A stretch of 64,000 nt of DNA from Clostridia bacterium (GTDB lineage: Bacteria > Bacillota > Clostridia > JAAYHZ01), in assembly GCA_050950825.1 (NCBI GenBank), contig JBMNIH010000004.1, positions 416,001-480,000 on the forward strand, in the 5' to 3' direction. How positions within the stretch are numbered: the stretch's first letter is position 1; each line of letters begins with the position of its first letter. The translations under genes were made by a program, and so were the position numbers. Positions 1 through 10,566 of this stretch are shown here, one piece after another. The notes beneath the pieces were generated by a model, which did not search any database, was not told the DNA's origin, and saw only the letters and a program-made list of their open reading frames with translations.

Positions 1-1
1 A

Positions 2-1642
2 GGAATTGACGTACCGAAGAACACGAAAATATTGATTGCAAAGTTGCCCGAGCCTTCGATTAAATATCCTCTCTCTTTAGAGAAATTATCGCCTGTTTTG
101 GCATACTTCATTTGTAAAGATCATGAACAAGGCTTCCGGTATGCGGACGCCATGATTGAATTGGGCGGTTTGGGTCATTCGGCGGTCATCCACTCGGACG
201 ACGAAGCATTGTGTAAGGCTTACGGTTACGCGATGCGTGTCGGACGTATCATAGCAAATTCTCCTTCCTCCCAAGGAGCCATCGGGGATATTTACAACGC
301 TATCAATCCGTCTTTAACGTTAGGATGCGGGTCTTTCGGACGAAATTCGACCACGGCGAACGTTTCGTCGGTTAACTTGATTAACCGTAAAAAGGTTGCA
401 CAGAGGAGGGTTAATATGCAGTGGTTCAAGATTCCGCCGAAAATCTATTTTGAAAGAGGAGCCATTCAATATTTGGCCAATATGCCTAATATCTCCCGTG
501 CATTTATTGTTACCGACAAGACCATGATGAAGCTGGGCTATGTGGATAAAGCGACTTATTACTTAAGAAAAAGAAAAGATATCGTACATTTTGAAATCTA
601 TGACGAAGTGGAACCCGACCCGTCTTTGGATACGATAAACAAAGGCGTGGATGCCATGAACAACTTTCAGCCGGATGTGATTATAGCCATCGGCGGAGGC
701 AGCGCCATCGATGCGGCAAAATGCATGTGGCTCTTCTACGAAAACCCGGATACCTCCTTCGGGGGATTGCGATTAAAGTTTATGGATATAAGGAAAAGGG
801 CGTTTCATTTCCCCAATCTGGGCAAGAAAGCCCAAATGGTAGCGGTTCCCACAACATCCGGTACCGGCAGCGAGGTAACATCCTTCTCGGTTGTTACGGA
901 TAAAAAGAACGGCAATATTAAATATCCCTTGGCCGATTATGAATTGACGCCGGATGTAGCCATCATCGATCCCCAATTTGCGGCTACCATGCCGAAATCC
1001 ATTACGGCGGACACCGGAATGGACGTGCTGACCCATGCCATTGAAGCCTTCGTTTCCGTTATGGCGTCGGACTATACCAACGGATTAGCCATAAAGGCCA
1101 TCGAATTGGTATTTAAGTATTTGGTGCGAAGCTACAACAATCCGGAGGACAAAACGGCTCGAGAAAAGATGCACAATGCTTCTTGCATCGCCGGCATGGC
1201 TTTTTCCAACGCATTCTTGGGAATTAACCACTCCTTGGCGCATAAAGTGGGCGGGGAGTTTCATGTCCCTCACGGTCGAGCCAATGCTATCCTGTTGCCC
1301 CATGTAATACGATACAATTCTCAAATACCTACGAAGTTTACCATATTCCCGAAATACGAAAGCTTCACGGCGGATTATCGTTATGCACAAATCGCTCGTA
1401 GATTGGACCTAGGGGGCGAAACCCAAGAAGAGCAGATCAATGCCTTGGTTGAAGCTATCCGGAATATAATGAAGCAATTAAATATTCCCATGTCCTTTAG
1501 GGAATGCGGAATCGATGAAAAAGAATATTTTGCAAAAATTCCCCAAATTGCCGAAAGAGCCTTCGAGGACCAATGCACCACGACAAACCCGCGCTATCCC
1601 TTAGTATCCGAGCTTGAGGAAATACTGAGGCAAGCTTGGTAA
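2..1642 (+). CDS. adhE: Bifunctional aldehyde/alcohol dehydrogenase, 5' part outside window
   Basis: ALDH C-terminus (EKLSPVL, LTLGCGSFGRNS) followed by Fe-ADH domain (GGGSAIDAAK, PTTSGTGSEVT, HSLAHK, HGRANA). Frame is open from the window edge. Confidence 0.93.
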   Translation, partial: GIDVPKNTKILIAKLPEPSIKYPLSLEKLSPVLAYFICKDHEQGFRYADAMIELGGLGHSAVIHSDDEALCKAYGYAMRVGRIIANSPSSQGAIGDIYNAINPSLTLGCGSFGRNSTTANVSSVNLINRKKVAQRRVNMQWFKIPPKIYFERGAIQYLANMPNISRAFIVTDKTMMKLGYVDKATYYLRKRKDIVHFEIYDEVEPDPSLDTINKGVDAMNNFQPDVIIAIGGGSAIDAAKCMWLFYENPDTSFGGLRLKFMDIRKRAFHFPNLGKKAQMVAVPTTSGTGSEVTSFSVVTDKKNGNIKYPLADYELTPDVAIIDPQFAATMPKSITADTGMDVLTHAIEAFVSVMASDYTNGLAIKAIELVFKYLVRSYNNPEDKTAREKMHNASCIAGMAFSNAFLGINHSLAHKVGGEFHVPHGRANAILLPHVIRYNSQIPTKFTIFPKYESFTADYRYAQIARRLDLGGETQEEQINALVEAIRNIMKQLNIPMSFRECGIDEKEYFAKIPQIAERAFEDQCTTTNPRYPLVSELEEILRQAW

Positions 1643-1643
1643 T

Positions 1644-1727
1644 GAGGGGACGGTTCTCAAGCCATTACTCAAACCTTTTTCACGGAGGGTTCGCTTCTTA
1701 ACCGAAATTAGGTGAGAAGTGTCCCTC
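1644..1727. repeat. REP-like inverted doublet
   Basis: GGGGACGGTTCTCAA at 1646-1660 and a degenerate inverted partner TGAGAAGTGTCCCTC at 1713-1727, just after the adhE stop. Confidence 0.7.
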
Positions 1728-1800
1728 TTTTTTTCTTCATTTGTTGTATAATGAAGAAAATACGTGGTCATCTGTTTCGACCGGAAAGGAAGGTATACTT

Positions 1801-4002
1801 ATGGCTAAGAATATACCATGGGATAGTCGTATTACTTGGTACTTCTATAACGACAAGCATACGTCGGAGGATTTTACGGTAGAAGACTTTGAAAAAGAAG
1901 CCGCGGCCATGCGCGCTCTCGGTATCGATATTATATTATTGAGTAACAAAACCCATTTTCGTTTTAATTTTTATCCTTATTGGGATAAAATTATTAACAC
2001 CTTAAGAAAAATCGTCATAGCCTTTCATAAGTACGATATTAAGGTTGTCGAGCACCATTCTTGCAGCTTGACTCATATTCCTCTTTCTTTGGAAGAATGG
2101 GAAAAGAAAAAGGATCGGATTTTAAGGCTTTCCGACGGAGGCAAGTATGCAAAGGAATGGGAAAAGGTAAAGGATTGGGTAACATCCGATGCGGAAATCG
2201 ACGGGGTTAAGGTCCGTTCCTTTTTGCAAATCCACGGCGGTACCCACGACTTGGCACCGACCCAGTACGATACCCATATCGTTTGCTACAACAACGAAGA
2301 TTATCGACGGATTTATTTTCAACACTTAGAAGATATCTATGCTACCGGTGTTGACGGAATTATGACCGATGACGTGCAGTTTTTTGCACAAGGTAATTCT
2401 TGCGCATGTCCGACTTGTCGAAAATTGTTCAAAGAATGGACAGGTTTTGAAATGCCGGAGACCGTAGAGGAATGGAATGAAAGGTTTATGGGCAACTTCG
2501 ACGATCCGCGCTATGTCGCATTCGACCAATTTCGAAGAGACAGTGCCATTCGTTTTCAGCGGGACGTAGATGCTCATTTCCGCTCTTTAGGCTTGAACCT
2601 GCTGCGACCGAACTATATCTCCAACGAGATCACCACCAATTATTCGGCTTATCCTTTCTCAAATTGTGCCGATCTTTGGGACGTTATGTTCCAAGAAAAC
2701 GTATCCAATTCCATAATCAAATATTCTTGGCCTTACTATGCTTGCGAAGCGGTGCATCGGTATGCTTTCGCCTCGCAAAATGACATACCTTCCATGTCCA
2801 TGTTCTATTGCAATACACCGAGCGATATCTATTTTTCCTTTGCTCTTTGCTTAAGCTGGGGTCAGCTGTTTAACCCGGCATTTACGAGAACAGAGGATAT
2901 GACGGCTATGGAAGGATTGGTTCGAAGCTTTGAAAAGAAGTATCCGGATTTGGTATACGATCAAAAGAAGAAAAGCGATGTGGCCGTCATGTTCTCCATG
3001 AAAACCCGAGACTTTATAGCCAATGCCATTACGGTTATGAACGGGGTCATGGCATGGCTGCAAGGGATCTACTTTACTCAAAAAACACCGGCTTTCGTTT
3101 TGGAAAATCAGACCTTGGAGGATTGGCAAAAGCAAAAAGCTATCGTGTTCCCCCACGTTCATATGATGAGCGATGAAGAAATACTTCAGGCGAGAGATTA
3201 TGTTCAATCCGGAGGAAGAGCGGTATGGGTAGGAACCTGCGGTATCAAGACGCCGAAAGGTTTGAATCGCTCCCTCGAAGATGTGCAGAAATTGTTAGGC
3301 TGCAAAACGTCCATGCGACCGATTCCGGAAATAATTGCTTCCGTCGAGTTTAACGACACAATGCTTCATGAAATGGTATACGACCTTGCTTACGACAATT
3401 GCGAAGAATCCTTGTCCGTTGTAGACGGCCATACCGTAATTGCTCGGGAGCGCATCGGAAAAGGTGAAATTCTGTTCCTCGGGGCGAAGACCAATCTTTT
3501 GCCCTTCCACAGCAATGTATCCATTCACAGGGATTCCCAATCTCCGAACAGTACTGCTGTCGTGAGACAGTACTCGAAAGACACCTTGGTGGCGGCTTTA
3601 GGAAGTATCCTGGATTATATTGTGGAGAAGCCCGGTATTGAAACCGTTGAAGGAGAATATCTGACCGCTTTATACAAAAGTGCGGATAAAAAACACACCA
3701 TCGCTCATTTGGTCAATATTGAGGATACCTTATCCAAAGAAACCGGAGTACGTGTCAGTCAGCTAGATCCCATCGTTCGATTTGACGTAAACCCCGATGT
3801 TCCCGGTAACAAATCAATGCAGCTAACTTTTGCTTGCGAATATCGACCTGAAAAAGTTCGTTTGCTGTCACCGGAGTGGGCTCTGAAGAAAAAACCTTTT
3901 GAGCGGACGGCAGACTTTACTTACGATAACGGCCGGGTTACCGTACAGATCCCCGAAAATACGTTTTACGGCTATTTGATGGTGGATGCCGTACGGAATT
4001 AG
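1801..4002 (+). CDS. Putative glycoside hydrolase-like protein (TIM barrel plus beta-galactosidase trimerisation-like domain)
   Basis: GVDGIMTDD and CACPTC (GH42-like Zn motif), then DVAVMFS..AIVFPH..YVQSGG pattern. ATG 1801 has a GGAAGG RBS. No signal peptide. Confidence 0.5.
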   Translation: MAKNIPWDSRITWYFYNDKHTSEDFTVEDFEKEAAAMRALGIDIILLSNKTHFRFNFYPYWDKIINTLRKIVIAFHKYDIKVVEHHSCSLTHIPLSLEEWEKKKDRILRLSDGGKYAKEWEKVKDWVTSDAEIDGVKVRSFLQIHGGTHDLAPTQYDTHIVCYNNEDYRRIYFQHLEDIYATGVDGIMTDDVQFFAQGNSCACPTCRKLFKEWTGFEMPETVEEWNERFMGNFDDPRYVAFDQFRRDSAIRFQRDVDAHFRSLGLNLLRPNYISNEITTNYSAYPFSNCADLWDVMFQENVSNSIIKYSWPYYACEAVHRYAFASQNDIPSMSMFYCNTPSDIYFSFALCLSWGQLFNPAFTRTEDMTAMEGLVRSFEKKYPDLVYDQKKKSDVAVMFSMKTRDFIANAITVMNGVMAWLQGIYFTQKTPAFVLENQTLEDWQKQKAIVFPHVHMMSDEEILQARDYVQSGGRAVWVGTCGIKTPKGLNRSLEDVQKLLGCKTSMRPIPEIIASVEFNDTMLHEMVYDLAYDNCEESLSVVDGHTVIARERIGKGEILFLGAKTNLLPFHSNVSIHRDSQSPNSTAVVRQYSKDTLVAALGSILDYIVEKPGIETVEGEYLTALYKSADKKHTIAHLVNIEDTLSKETGVRVSQLDPIVRFDVNPDVPGNKSMQLTFACEYRPEKVRLLSPEWALKKKPFERTADFTYDNGRVTVQIPENTFYGYLMVDAVRN

Positions 4003-4042
4003 ATATATATTTAAGAAAAATCATTGAGAGGGAGAATGATAT

Positions 4043-4693
4043 ATGACTGTAAAAGTAAATTTAAAGCGTTTGGAAAAAGACATTATCGCTATCGAACAAA
4101 AACCCGTACAAAAGGGTAAAATTCTGTTTTACGGCGACTCGTGTTTTCGAAGATGGAACGCAGCAAACGGGAATACACCATTGGAAGAGGCGATTCCCGG
4201 GACCTTGAACCACGGATTCGGATCGGCTACGACGGAAGAAATGTTGTATTATTACCCCCGTGCCGTTCGACCTTACGAACCCAAGATAATGGTCATCAAA
4301 TCTTTCGGGAACGATATGATATTCGGCTACACTCCGGAGGAAGTCTTGGATCTGCAGCAGCGTTTAATTGCCTATGCCCGCACGGATTTTCCCGATGTTC
4401 GGTTCTTCATGATGGCGCCGCTATACAATTACGGCAACTATCCGAAATTTCCGAATTTTAATAAGGATCGCTTGGTATACGACCAAATGTTGAAAGAATA
4501 TGTGGACAAGCAGGAAGACATGACCTTTGTCCGGGTGATGGACGATGCGAGGTTTACCGTAGACGGAAAAACCGGACCGGATGCCATTATCAGAAGAGAG
4601 CTTTTTATTGATGACGGTATTCATTTTAATAAAGACGGATATGATTTGTTTGCAGATTTTTGGAAAAAGATACTGGGAGATTTGGTTGAATAG
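4043..4693 (+). CDS. SGNH/GDSL-family hydrolase (esterase)
   Basis: FYGDS block I, NHGFGS, GND block III, DGIH catalytic block V. Confidence 0.85.
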   Translation: MTVKVNLKRLEKDIIAIEQKPVQKGKILFYGDSCFRRWNAANGNTPLEEAIPGTLNHGFGSATTEEMLYYYPRAVRPYEPKIMVIKSFGNDMIFGYTPEEVLDLQQRLIAYARTDFPDVRFFMMAPLYNYGNYPKFPNFNKDRLVYDQMLKEYVDKQEDMTFVRVMDDARFTVDGKTGPDAIIRRELFIDDGIHFNKDGYDLFADFWKKILGDLVE

Positions 4694-4704
4694 GGAGTAA
4701 ACCC

Positions 4705-6144
4705 ATGACGAATTCCGAAAAGAAGAAAATTGTAATAGGTTCGTTGCGGCAGGAAACCAACTCCTTTAGCCCGGTAATTACTTATGAAAAGGATTTTTTA
4801 GTCTGCCGGGGACGGGATGTACTGCAACAAACACCGGTTTCCCGTATATTGGAAGAAGCGGGCTTTGAAGTCGTACCTACCTTATGGGCATACGCCATCC
4901 CTTCGGGGAAGGTAGACAAGAAGGCTTACTGCCGTTTTAAAGAAATTATCATGAATGCTATTCCAAAAGACGGCAGTGTAGCGGGAGTATGGCTGTATTT
5001 ACACGGGGCCATGAATGTCACGGAAATCGGAAGCGGGGAAGGGCCTTTAGTAGAGGAAGTCCGCCGGCTGGTAGGACCAAAGGTTCCCATAGCCGTAGCA
5101 TTGGATTTTCACGCCAACAACACCGAACAGCTGGTAAAAAACGCAAACATTATCTGCGGGTACCGGACTGCTCCTCATACGGATGAAGAAGAAACCCAAG
5201 AAAGAGCAGCCCGGCTCCTCCTTCGTTGTATCCTAGAAAACGTTTTGCCCGAGTGCGTAATGGTGTGTCCTCCTCTGCTGTTTCCCGGTGAAATGATAAC
5301 TACCGAAGTCGATCCTTGCAAATCGTTAATTGCAGAGCTGAAAAAAGCCGAAGAAAAGCAAGGCGTTTGGACGGCGTCCTTGTTTGGCGGTATGCCATGG
5401 TGCGATGCACCGAATGCAGGAGCAAGCGTCGTTGTGTGCGGCCCGAAAGGCTGTAAAGAACCTACGGATGAAGCGAAAAGGATTGCCGACCTGTTCTGGA
5501 AAGAAAGAGAAAAGTTCGGATTTGAGGAAAAGGCCATGAGTCCGGAAGATGCCATCCTTTGGGCACAAGAAAGAGAAGCTTCTCCGATATTTATCAGCGA
5601 TTCGGGAGACAATGTCACCGGAGGTGCACCGGGAGACAGCGCATACCTTTTAAGCTTGTTAATGAAGCATGAATGCAAAAATGTGCTGGTAGCGGGAATT
5701 GTTGATCGACCTGCCGTTGAAGCATTTTATCTTTCTGCGGAAGGAGAAGAAAAGAAGGTAAAGATAGGAAAATCCATTGATTCCAAGAGTACGGAAACGG
5801 AAGTTACAGGAAAGCTAAAACAGAAGGGCTTTATTGAAAGAGGCGGATCGAAGGATATCCGGTTTGCTTTAATAGCCGTAGGAGGTATTGACATCATATT
5901 AACCGACGAAAGATGTTCTTTTACAACGCAAAAAAACATTGAAGAAACGGGAGCCAAAATTCCGGATTATCATGCGATTGTAGTGAAGCTAGGGTATTTG
6001 TTTCCCGATTTAAGAAGAATTGCAAAAGATTCCGTTATGGCTTTGACTCCGGGAAACTGCGGGCTTCGAATCGAAGATTTTGATTTTAAAAACATTCGAC
6101 GTCCCATGTATCCGGTGGATAAGAATTTTGATTGGAAAGGGTAA
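4705..6144 (+). CDS. M81 family metallopeptidase (MlrC-like)
   Basis: QETNSFSP, LHGAM, LDFHAN, YRTAPHTD, DSGDNVTGG, RRPMYP motifs. Confidence 0.9.
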   Translation: MTNSEKKKIVIGSLRQETNSFSPVITYEKDFLVCRGRDVLQQTPVSRILEEAGFEVVPTLWAYAIPSGKVDKKAYCRFKEIIMNAIPKDGSVAGVWLYLHGAMNVTEIGSGEGPLVEEVRRLVGPKVPIAVALDFHANNTEQLVKNANIICGYRTAPHTDEEETQERAARLLLRCILENVLPECVMVCPPLLFPGEMITTEVDPCKSLIAELKKAEEKQGVWTASLFGGMPWCDAPNAGASVVVCGPKGCKEPTDEAKRIADLFWKEREKFGFEEKAMSPEDAILWAQEREASPIFISDSGDNVTGGAPGDSAYLLSLLMKHECKNVLVAGIVDRPAVEAFYLSAEGEEKKVKIGKSIDSKSTETEVTGKLKQKGFIERGGSKDIRFALIAVGGIDIILTDERCSFTTQKNIEETGAKIPDYHAIVVKLGYLFPDLRRIAKDSVMALTPGNCGLRIEDFDFKNIRRPMYPVDKNFDWKG

Positions 6145-6171
6145 TTCTTTGTTTTTAGGAGTGGTCTTTTC

Positions 6172-7422
6172 ATGAGCGATAAAAAGTTTGCATCGGTAAG
6201 CGCCCTGCCTTCCAACCCCAAATGGAACGAATATATTCACAGGGAGACGGAGCTATACACTAGAAAAAACGATATTCGCAGCGAGTTTAACCGTGATTAC
6301 AACCGAATACTGCACTGCAATGCATACCGGCGCTTGAAGCATAAAACCCAAGTTTTCTTTGCGACCTCCAATGACCATATATGCACTCGCTTGGAGCATG
6401 TGAATCACGTATCGTCGGTCAGCTATACCATAGCGGATTACTTGGGTCTGAATACGGAATTAACGGCGGCGATTTCCATCGGTCACGACTTAGGACACGC
6501 ACCCTTTGGCCATGTGGGTGAACGGATTTTAGAGAAAATATTACAAGATGTTATCGGCGATACCTTTTGGCACGAAGGAAACAGTCTGCGATTTGCGGAT
6601 TATTACGAAACCCTGTCGGACCCGGAGGGATACGAACAAAACCTATGCTTAACTTATGCCGTACGAGACGGCATCGTTTGCCATTGCGGTGAAGTCGATG
6701 AAAACGCACTGCGTCCCCGGGATCAAATCATTGATTTGTATGAAATAAAGAAAGCAGGAGAATATCCGCCGTTTTCTTGGGAGGGATGCGTCGTAAAAAT
6801 TGCGGACAAAATATCGTATTTGGGTCGGGATATTGAAGATGCCTATACCTTGGGAATATTAACCGAAGCACAAAAAAACGAGTTGTCAAAGATTATAAAA
6901 TCGACGCTTCATTCCGATTTGAATTATGTTTTGAATAATACGGTAGTAATGCACGAATTTATTATGGATATTTGCAAAGAAAGCTCTCCCGATAAAGGAA
7001 TCAGTCTTTCAAAGCGTTATTTCGAATTTATGAATGCATTAAAAATGTTTAACTATGCCAATATATACGGACACGAACGCTTGCAGATTTATTCCAAGTA
7101 CGCCGAGCTCATTATACGGTCTATCTTCAATATTCTATTGACTCTGTACAATCCCGATGATGTACTTAGGCCATTAGAGGATTATCGTAAGATATATCCG
7201 ACATTAATGAGCTATTTTATAGACTGGATTATAAAATATTCCGATTTGAGAATATGTCGTGATTTGCCTCAAATCCATCGAAAAAAAACGGAGAAATTTA
7301 AAAATAAGGTTGTCTACAGTATCGGCAGCAAGGATGATTACATAAGAGCGGTTGCCGATTACATTTCGGGAATGACCGATTCTTTTGCCATTAAGGTATT
7401 TCAAGAATTGACCGGTTTCTAA
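6172..7422 (+). CDS. dgt: dNTP triphosphohydrolase (dGTPase-like HD protein)
   Basis: RRLKHKTQVF, TRLEH, GHDLGHAPFGH, ADKISY, DYISGMTD. Confidence 0.85.
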   Translation: MSDKKFASVSALPSNPKWNEYIHRETELYTRKNDIRSEFNRDYNRILHCNAYRRLKHKTQVFFATSNDHICTRLEHVNHVSSVSYTIADYLGLNTELTAAISIGHDLGHAPFGHVGERILEKILQDVIGDTFWHEGNSLRFADYYETLSDPEGYEQNLCLTYAVRDGIVCHCGEVDENALRPRDQIIDLYEIKKAGEYPPFSWEGCVVKIADKISYLGRDIEDAYTLGILTEAQKNELSKIIKSTLHSDLNYVLNNTVVMHEFIMDICKESSPDKGISLSKRYFEFMNALKMFNYANIYGHERLQIYSKYAELIIRSIFNILLTLYNPDDVLRPLEDYRKIYPTLMSYFIDWIIKYSDLRICRDLPQIHRKKTEKFKNKVVYSIGSKDDYIRAVADYISGMTDSFAIKVFQELTGF

Positions 7423-7443
7423 TGATAGAAAAACAGTGAAGGT

Positions 7444-7971
7444 ATGAAAATGACGAAAATTACGTACTATGTGAAAAGGTCAAGACGGAAAACCGTGGGA
7501 CTTGAAGTTACAAAGGATTTACAAGTCATTGTGCGCGCTCCTTTGAAAATGAGCAACCGCGAGATCGAAAGGCTTGTAGAAAAACATACCGATTGGATTT
7601 TAAAAAGCCTAAGCAGACTGCAAAACGCATCCATTGCACGATACGAACCTACGGAAGAGGAAATTGAAGACTTGATCAAACGGGCAAAGGAAATGTTGCC
7701 ACAAAAAGTCCAATACTACGGTTTTTTAATGGGATGTATGCCCGGGCGAATTACGATTACATCGGCAAGAACAAGATTCGGCAGCTGCAGCGTGCAAAAT
7801 AACATATGTTTTTCATGGAGGTTGATGCTCTATCCGGAAGAAGCCATTGATTACGTGGTTGTTCATGAACTGGCTCATATCAAGTACAAAAACCACGGCA
7901 TGGAATTCTATAAGCTAATCGAATCGATTCTACCGGATTACAAAAAAAGAAAAGCATTGTTGAAAAAATAG
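7444..7971 (+). CDS. YgjP/DUF45 (M48/SprT-like) zinc metallohydrolase
   Basis: RSRRKT, TRFGSCS, DYVVVHELAHIKYKNH (HExxH). Confidence 0.85.
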   Translation: MKMTKITYYVKRSRRKTVGLEVTKDLQVIVRAPLKMSNREIERLVEKHTDWILKSLSRLQNASIARYEPTEEEIEDLIKRAKEMLPQKVQYYGFLMGCMPGRITITSARTRFGSCSVQNNICFSWRLMLYPEEAIDYVVVHELAHIKYKNHGMEFYKLIESILPDYKKRKALLKK

Positions 7972-8030
7972 AGCTTTTTTGCTTTTCTTTTTAATAATAA
8001 CAAAACATATTATGATAAGAGGCGACGCAT

Positions 8031-8447
8031 TTACTCGCCGATAATTTTTATTAACACTCTTTTTTTCCGTTTCCCGTCAAACTCGTAGTAGAATATTTGC
8101 TCCCATGTTCCAAAATCAAGCAGCCCGTTTGTAACGGCAACCACCACTTCACGTCCCATGATTGTTCTTTTTAAGTGCGCGTCGGCATTGTCTTCAAAAC
8201 CATTGTGGCGGTATCGGCTGTACGGCTTTTCAGGGGCCAGTCCTTCCAACCAGTCTTCAAAATCTTGGTGCAGCCCGGATTCGTCGTCGTTGATAAATAC
8301 CGAAGCGGTTATATTCATCGCATTGACCAAAACAAGCCCTTCTTTTATACCGGATTCCTTTATGGCTTTTTGAACTTCTTCGGTTATGTTTACCAAGCCT
8401 CTTCGAACGGGTAGGTTAAAAGTCAATTCTTTACGATAACTCTTCAT
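8031..8447 (-). CDS. yjbQ: YjbQ family (secondary thiamine-phosphate synthase)
   Basis: [34 protein letters not shown]. Confidence 0.9.
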   Translation of the reverse strand: MKSYRKELTFNLPVRRGLVNITEEVQKAIKESGIKEGLVLVNAMNITASVFINDDESGLHQDFEDWLEGLAPEKPYSRYRHNGFEDNADAHLKRTIMGREVVVAVTNGLLDFGTWEQIFYYEFDGKRKKRVLIKIIGE

Positions 8448-8538
8448 ATGACCTCCTTGTCTTTTCGTAAAACGTTCTCATGCTTCCTATTATATACCGA
8501 GAGCCGGTATAATGAAGAAAAAAGATTGGAGTTTCCGC

Positions 8539-8880
8539 ATGTCCGACACGTTTTTTGTTTCATTGTCACCTTCTCAAGCGGCGAATCGTATTCAAGAAGG
8601 AATTGTTAGGGGAAGCATAACAGGTGAGCTTATTGACAGCTACTCGATATCGACAAAAGAAGGGTATTCGGTATCGGTTTTATTGTTTGAAAAGCATTAT
8701 TACCGTGCAGGTAACCGTTTGACATTAACCGTAACCATCGATGATTTTACGGGAAAAACCCGGGTACACACCGCAAGCGGCGGAGGCGGGGAAGGTTTGT
8801 TTCGATTCGATTGGGGTGCATCGGAAAGCTTTGCACGATCGGCAAAAGATATACTAAAAGCATATATTATATACCCGTAA
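8539..8880 (+). CDS. Conserved hypothetical protein (DUF6054-like)
   Basis: FEKHYYRAGNRLTLTV..SGGGG..GASESF pattern. ATG 8539 follows a GGAG RBS; alternative start 8512. Confidence 0.55.
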   Translation: MSDTFFVSLSPSQAANRIQEGIVRGSITGELIDSYSISTKEGYSVSVLLFEKHYYRAGNRLTLTVTIDDFTGKTRVHTASGGGGEGLFRFDWGASESFARSAKDILKAYIIYP

Positions 8881-9021
8881 AAAACCGTATTTTGATTTAA
8901 CAAACAAATACAATTCTTTTTTGCTAATTTTCGATTCCGTGTTTTTTGTTCCAAAACAGGTAATACTATAAAGAACCTATTTTCGTAATTTTACGTTTCG
9001 TAGGCTAAAGGAGAAAGGATT

Positions 9022-10566
9022 ATGTTTTGGAGCAAAATTAAAAAAGAGCAATCGCAAATTATAAAGCAAGATCATAATCCGGAAGACGATATAATAGATA
9101 AAGCCATTTCGACGGACACCTTGGTTTCTTTGTTGTCCGACAGCGAAGATATCATTTTTAACCATATTATCGTAAATCACGATATGAATGTTAAGCTTAC
9201 CGTTGTCTTTGTAGACGGTATGGTGGACAGCTTGCAATTAGATAATGATATCCTAAAGCCTTTGATACAAGAAAAAGCTTTAAGCTTCGTTCAAGACGAG
9301 AAAGAGCTGATTAATCGGATCCTATTGGGGTCCGTTTATCACAGCCACAGGATGCGCTGCGATACCCTTTCCGAATGCATAGACAGGTTGTTTACAGGGT
9401 CCGTTTTGCTCGTGTTTGACGATACCCACACGGCGATTGCTTTTGAATCGAAAGGCTACGAAAAACGAGCCATAACGGAACCCACCAATGAAAACGTATT
9501 AAAAGGTTCAAAAGAATCCTTTATCGAAGTTTTACACGTAAATACGGCTTTGGTACGCAAAAGACTGCCTACCCATGATTTAAAGGTGAGCCATATCTAC
9601 ATCGGTAAAAGAACAAAAACCGCAGTTTGTATGGTTTATCTGAAAAACATAGCCAATACCGATATCGTTAATGAAATTAAAAATAGATTGGAAAGCATAG
9701 CCGAAAACGATATTTTTTCAAGCGGTCAAATAGAAGCCGTACTGAAAAATAAAAAGTACTCCATTTTCCCCGAGCAAATCTATACAGAAAAAGTTGACAA
9801 GTTTAGCTCCGCCGTGCTGGAAGGAAGGGTAGGAATCCTAATAGACGGAGTGCCGAACGCAATCATTACTCCGGTAGATATCTCGTCACAGCTTCAGGCA
9901 TCGGAAGATTACGCATCACATTTTATAACAAGCTCCTTTTCCCGAATTCTTCGTTTTATTTCAACTTTTATCTCTCTTACCTTACCGGCTGCCTATATCT
10001 CCATAACATCCTATCACCAAGAGATGATACCTACCGAATTGGCCGTTTCGATTATCGAGAGCAAGAAAGGTGTTCCTTTTTCCACTTTTATCGAAGTTAT
10101 TATGATGCTTTTGGCATTCGAGGTACTTCTTGAAGCCGGTTTGCGGCTTCCGAAAGCCGTCGGACAAGCCGTATCTATTGTCGGAGCCCTTGTGGTAGGC
10201 GAGGCGGCAATAACCGCTAAGATTTTATCGCCCGGTGTCGTTATTATCATATCCACTGCCGGTATCACCGGTTTTGTCATACCGTCTCAAGACATGTCAA
10301 ACGCCATTCGTTTATTAAGGTTTGTTCTTGTCGTTTTCTCCGTTTTAGGCGGATTGTTCGGTATCAGCATCGGGTTGATCATTATCTTGTACCATTTGTG
10401 CTCCATTGAAGTTTTCGGTGTCCCATACATGTCACCTTTTGTTTCCATGGAGGGGAAGGGTATTTTTGAAGACACATTATTTCGACAACAGTGGAGCAAA
10501 GCGAAGAAAAGACCTCCGAATATAAGCACGAAAGATTCGATTGCGAAAGGAGAGACGGTTAAATGA
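9022..10566 (+). CDS. gerKA: Spore germination receptor A subunit (GerA/GerKA family)
   Basis: RAITEP, EGRVGILIDG, EAGLRLP, GQAVSIVGALVVG, FGVPY. Confidence 0.9.
   Translation: MFWSKIKKEQSQIIKQDHNPEDDIIDKAISTDTLVSLLSDSEDIIFNHIIVNHDMNVKLTVVFVDGMVDSLQLDNDILKPLIQEKALSFVQDEKELINRILLGSVYHSHRMRCDTLSECIDRLFTGSVLLVFDDTHTAIAFESKGYEKRAITEPTNENVLKGSKESFIEVLHVNTALVRKRLPTHDLKVSHIYIGKRTKTAVCMVYLKNIANTDIVNEIKNRLESIAENDIFSSGQIEAVLKNKKYSIFPEQIYTEKVDKFSSAVLEGRVGILIDGVPNAIITPVDISSQLQASEDYASHFITSSFSRILRFISTFISLTLPAAYISITSYHQEMIPTELAVSIIESKKGVPFSTFIEVIMMLLAFEVLLEAGLRLPKAVGQAVSIVGALVVGEAAITAKILSPGVVIIISTAGITGFVIPSQDMSNAIRLLRFVLVVFSVLGGLFGISIGLIIILYHLCSIEVFGVPYMSPFVSMEGKGIFEDTLFRQQWSKAKKRPPNISTKDSIAKGETVK

Noticed and set aside
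6172-7422. Anti-phage dGTPase
   Set aside because: Ordinary firmicute dgt-like size and core-genome context with no defence neighbours; not excluded but unsupported.
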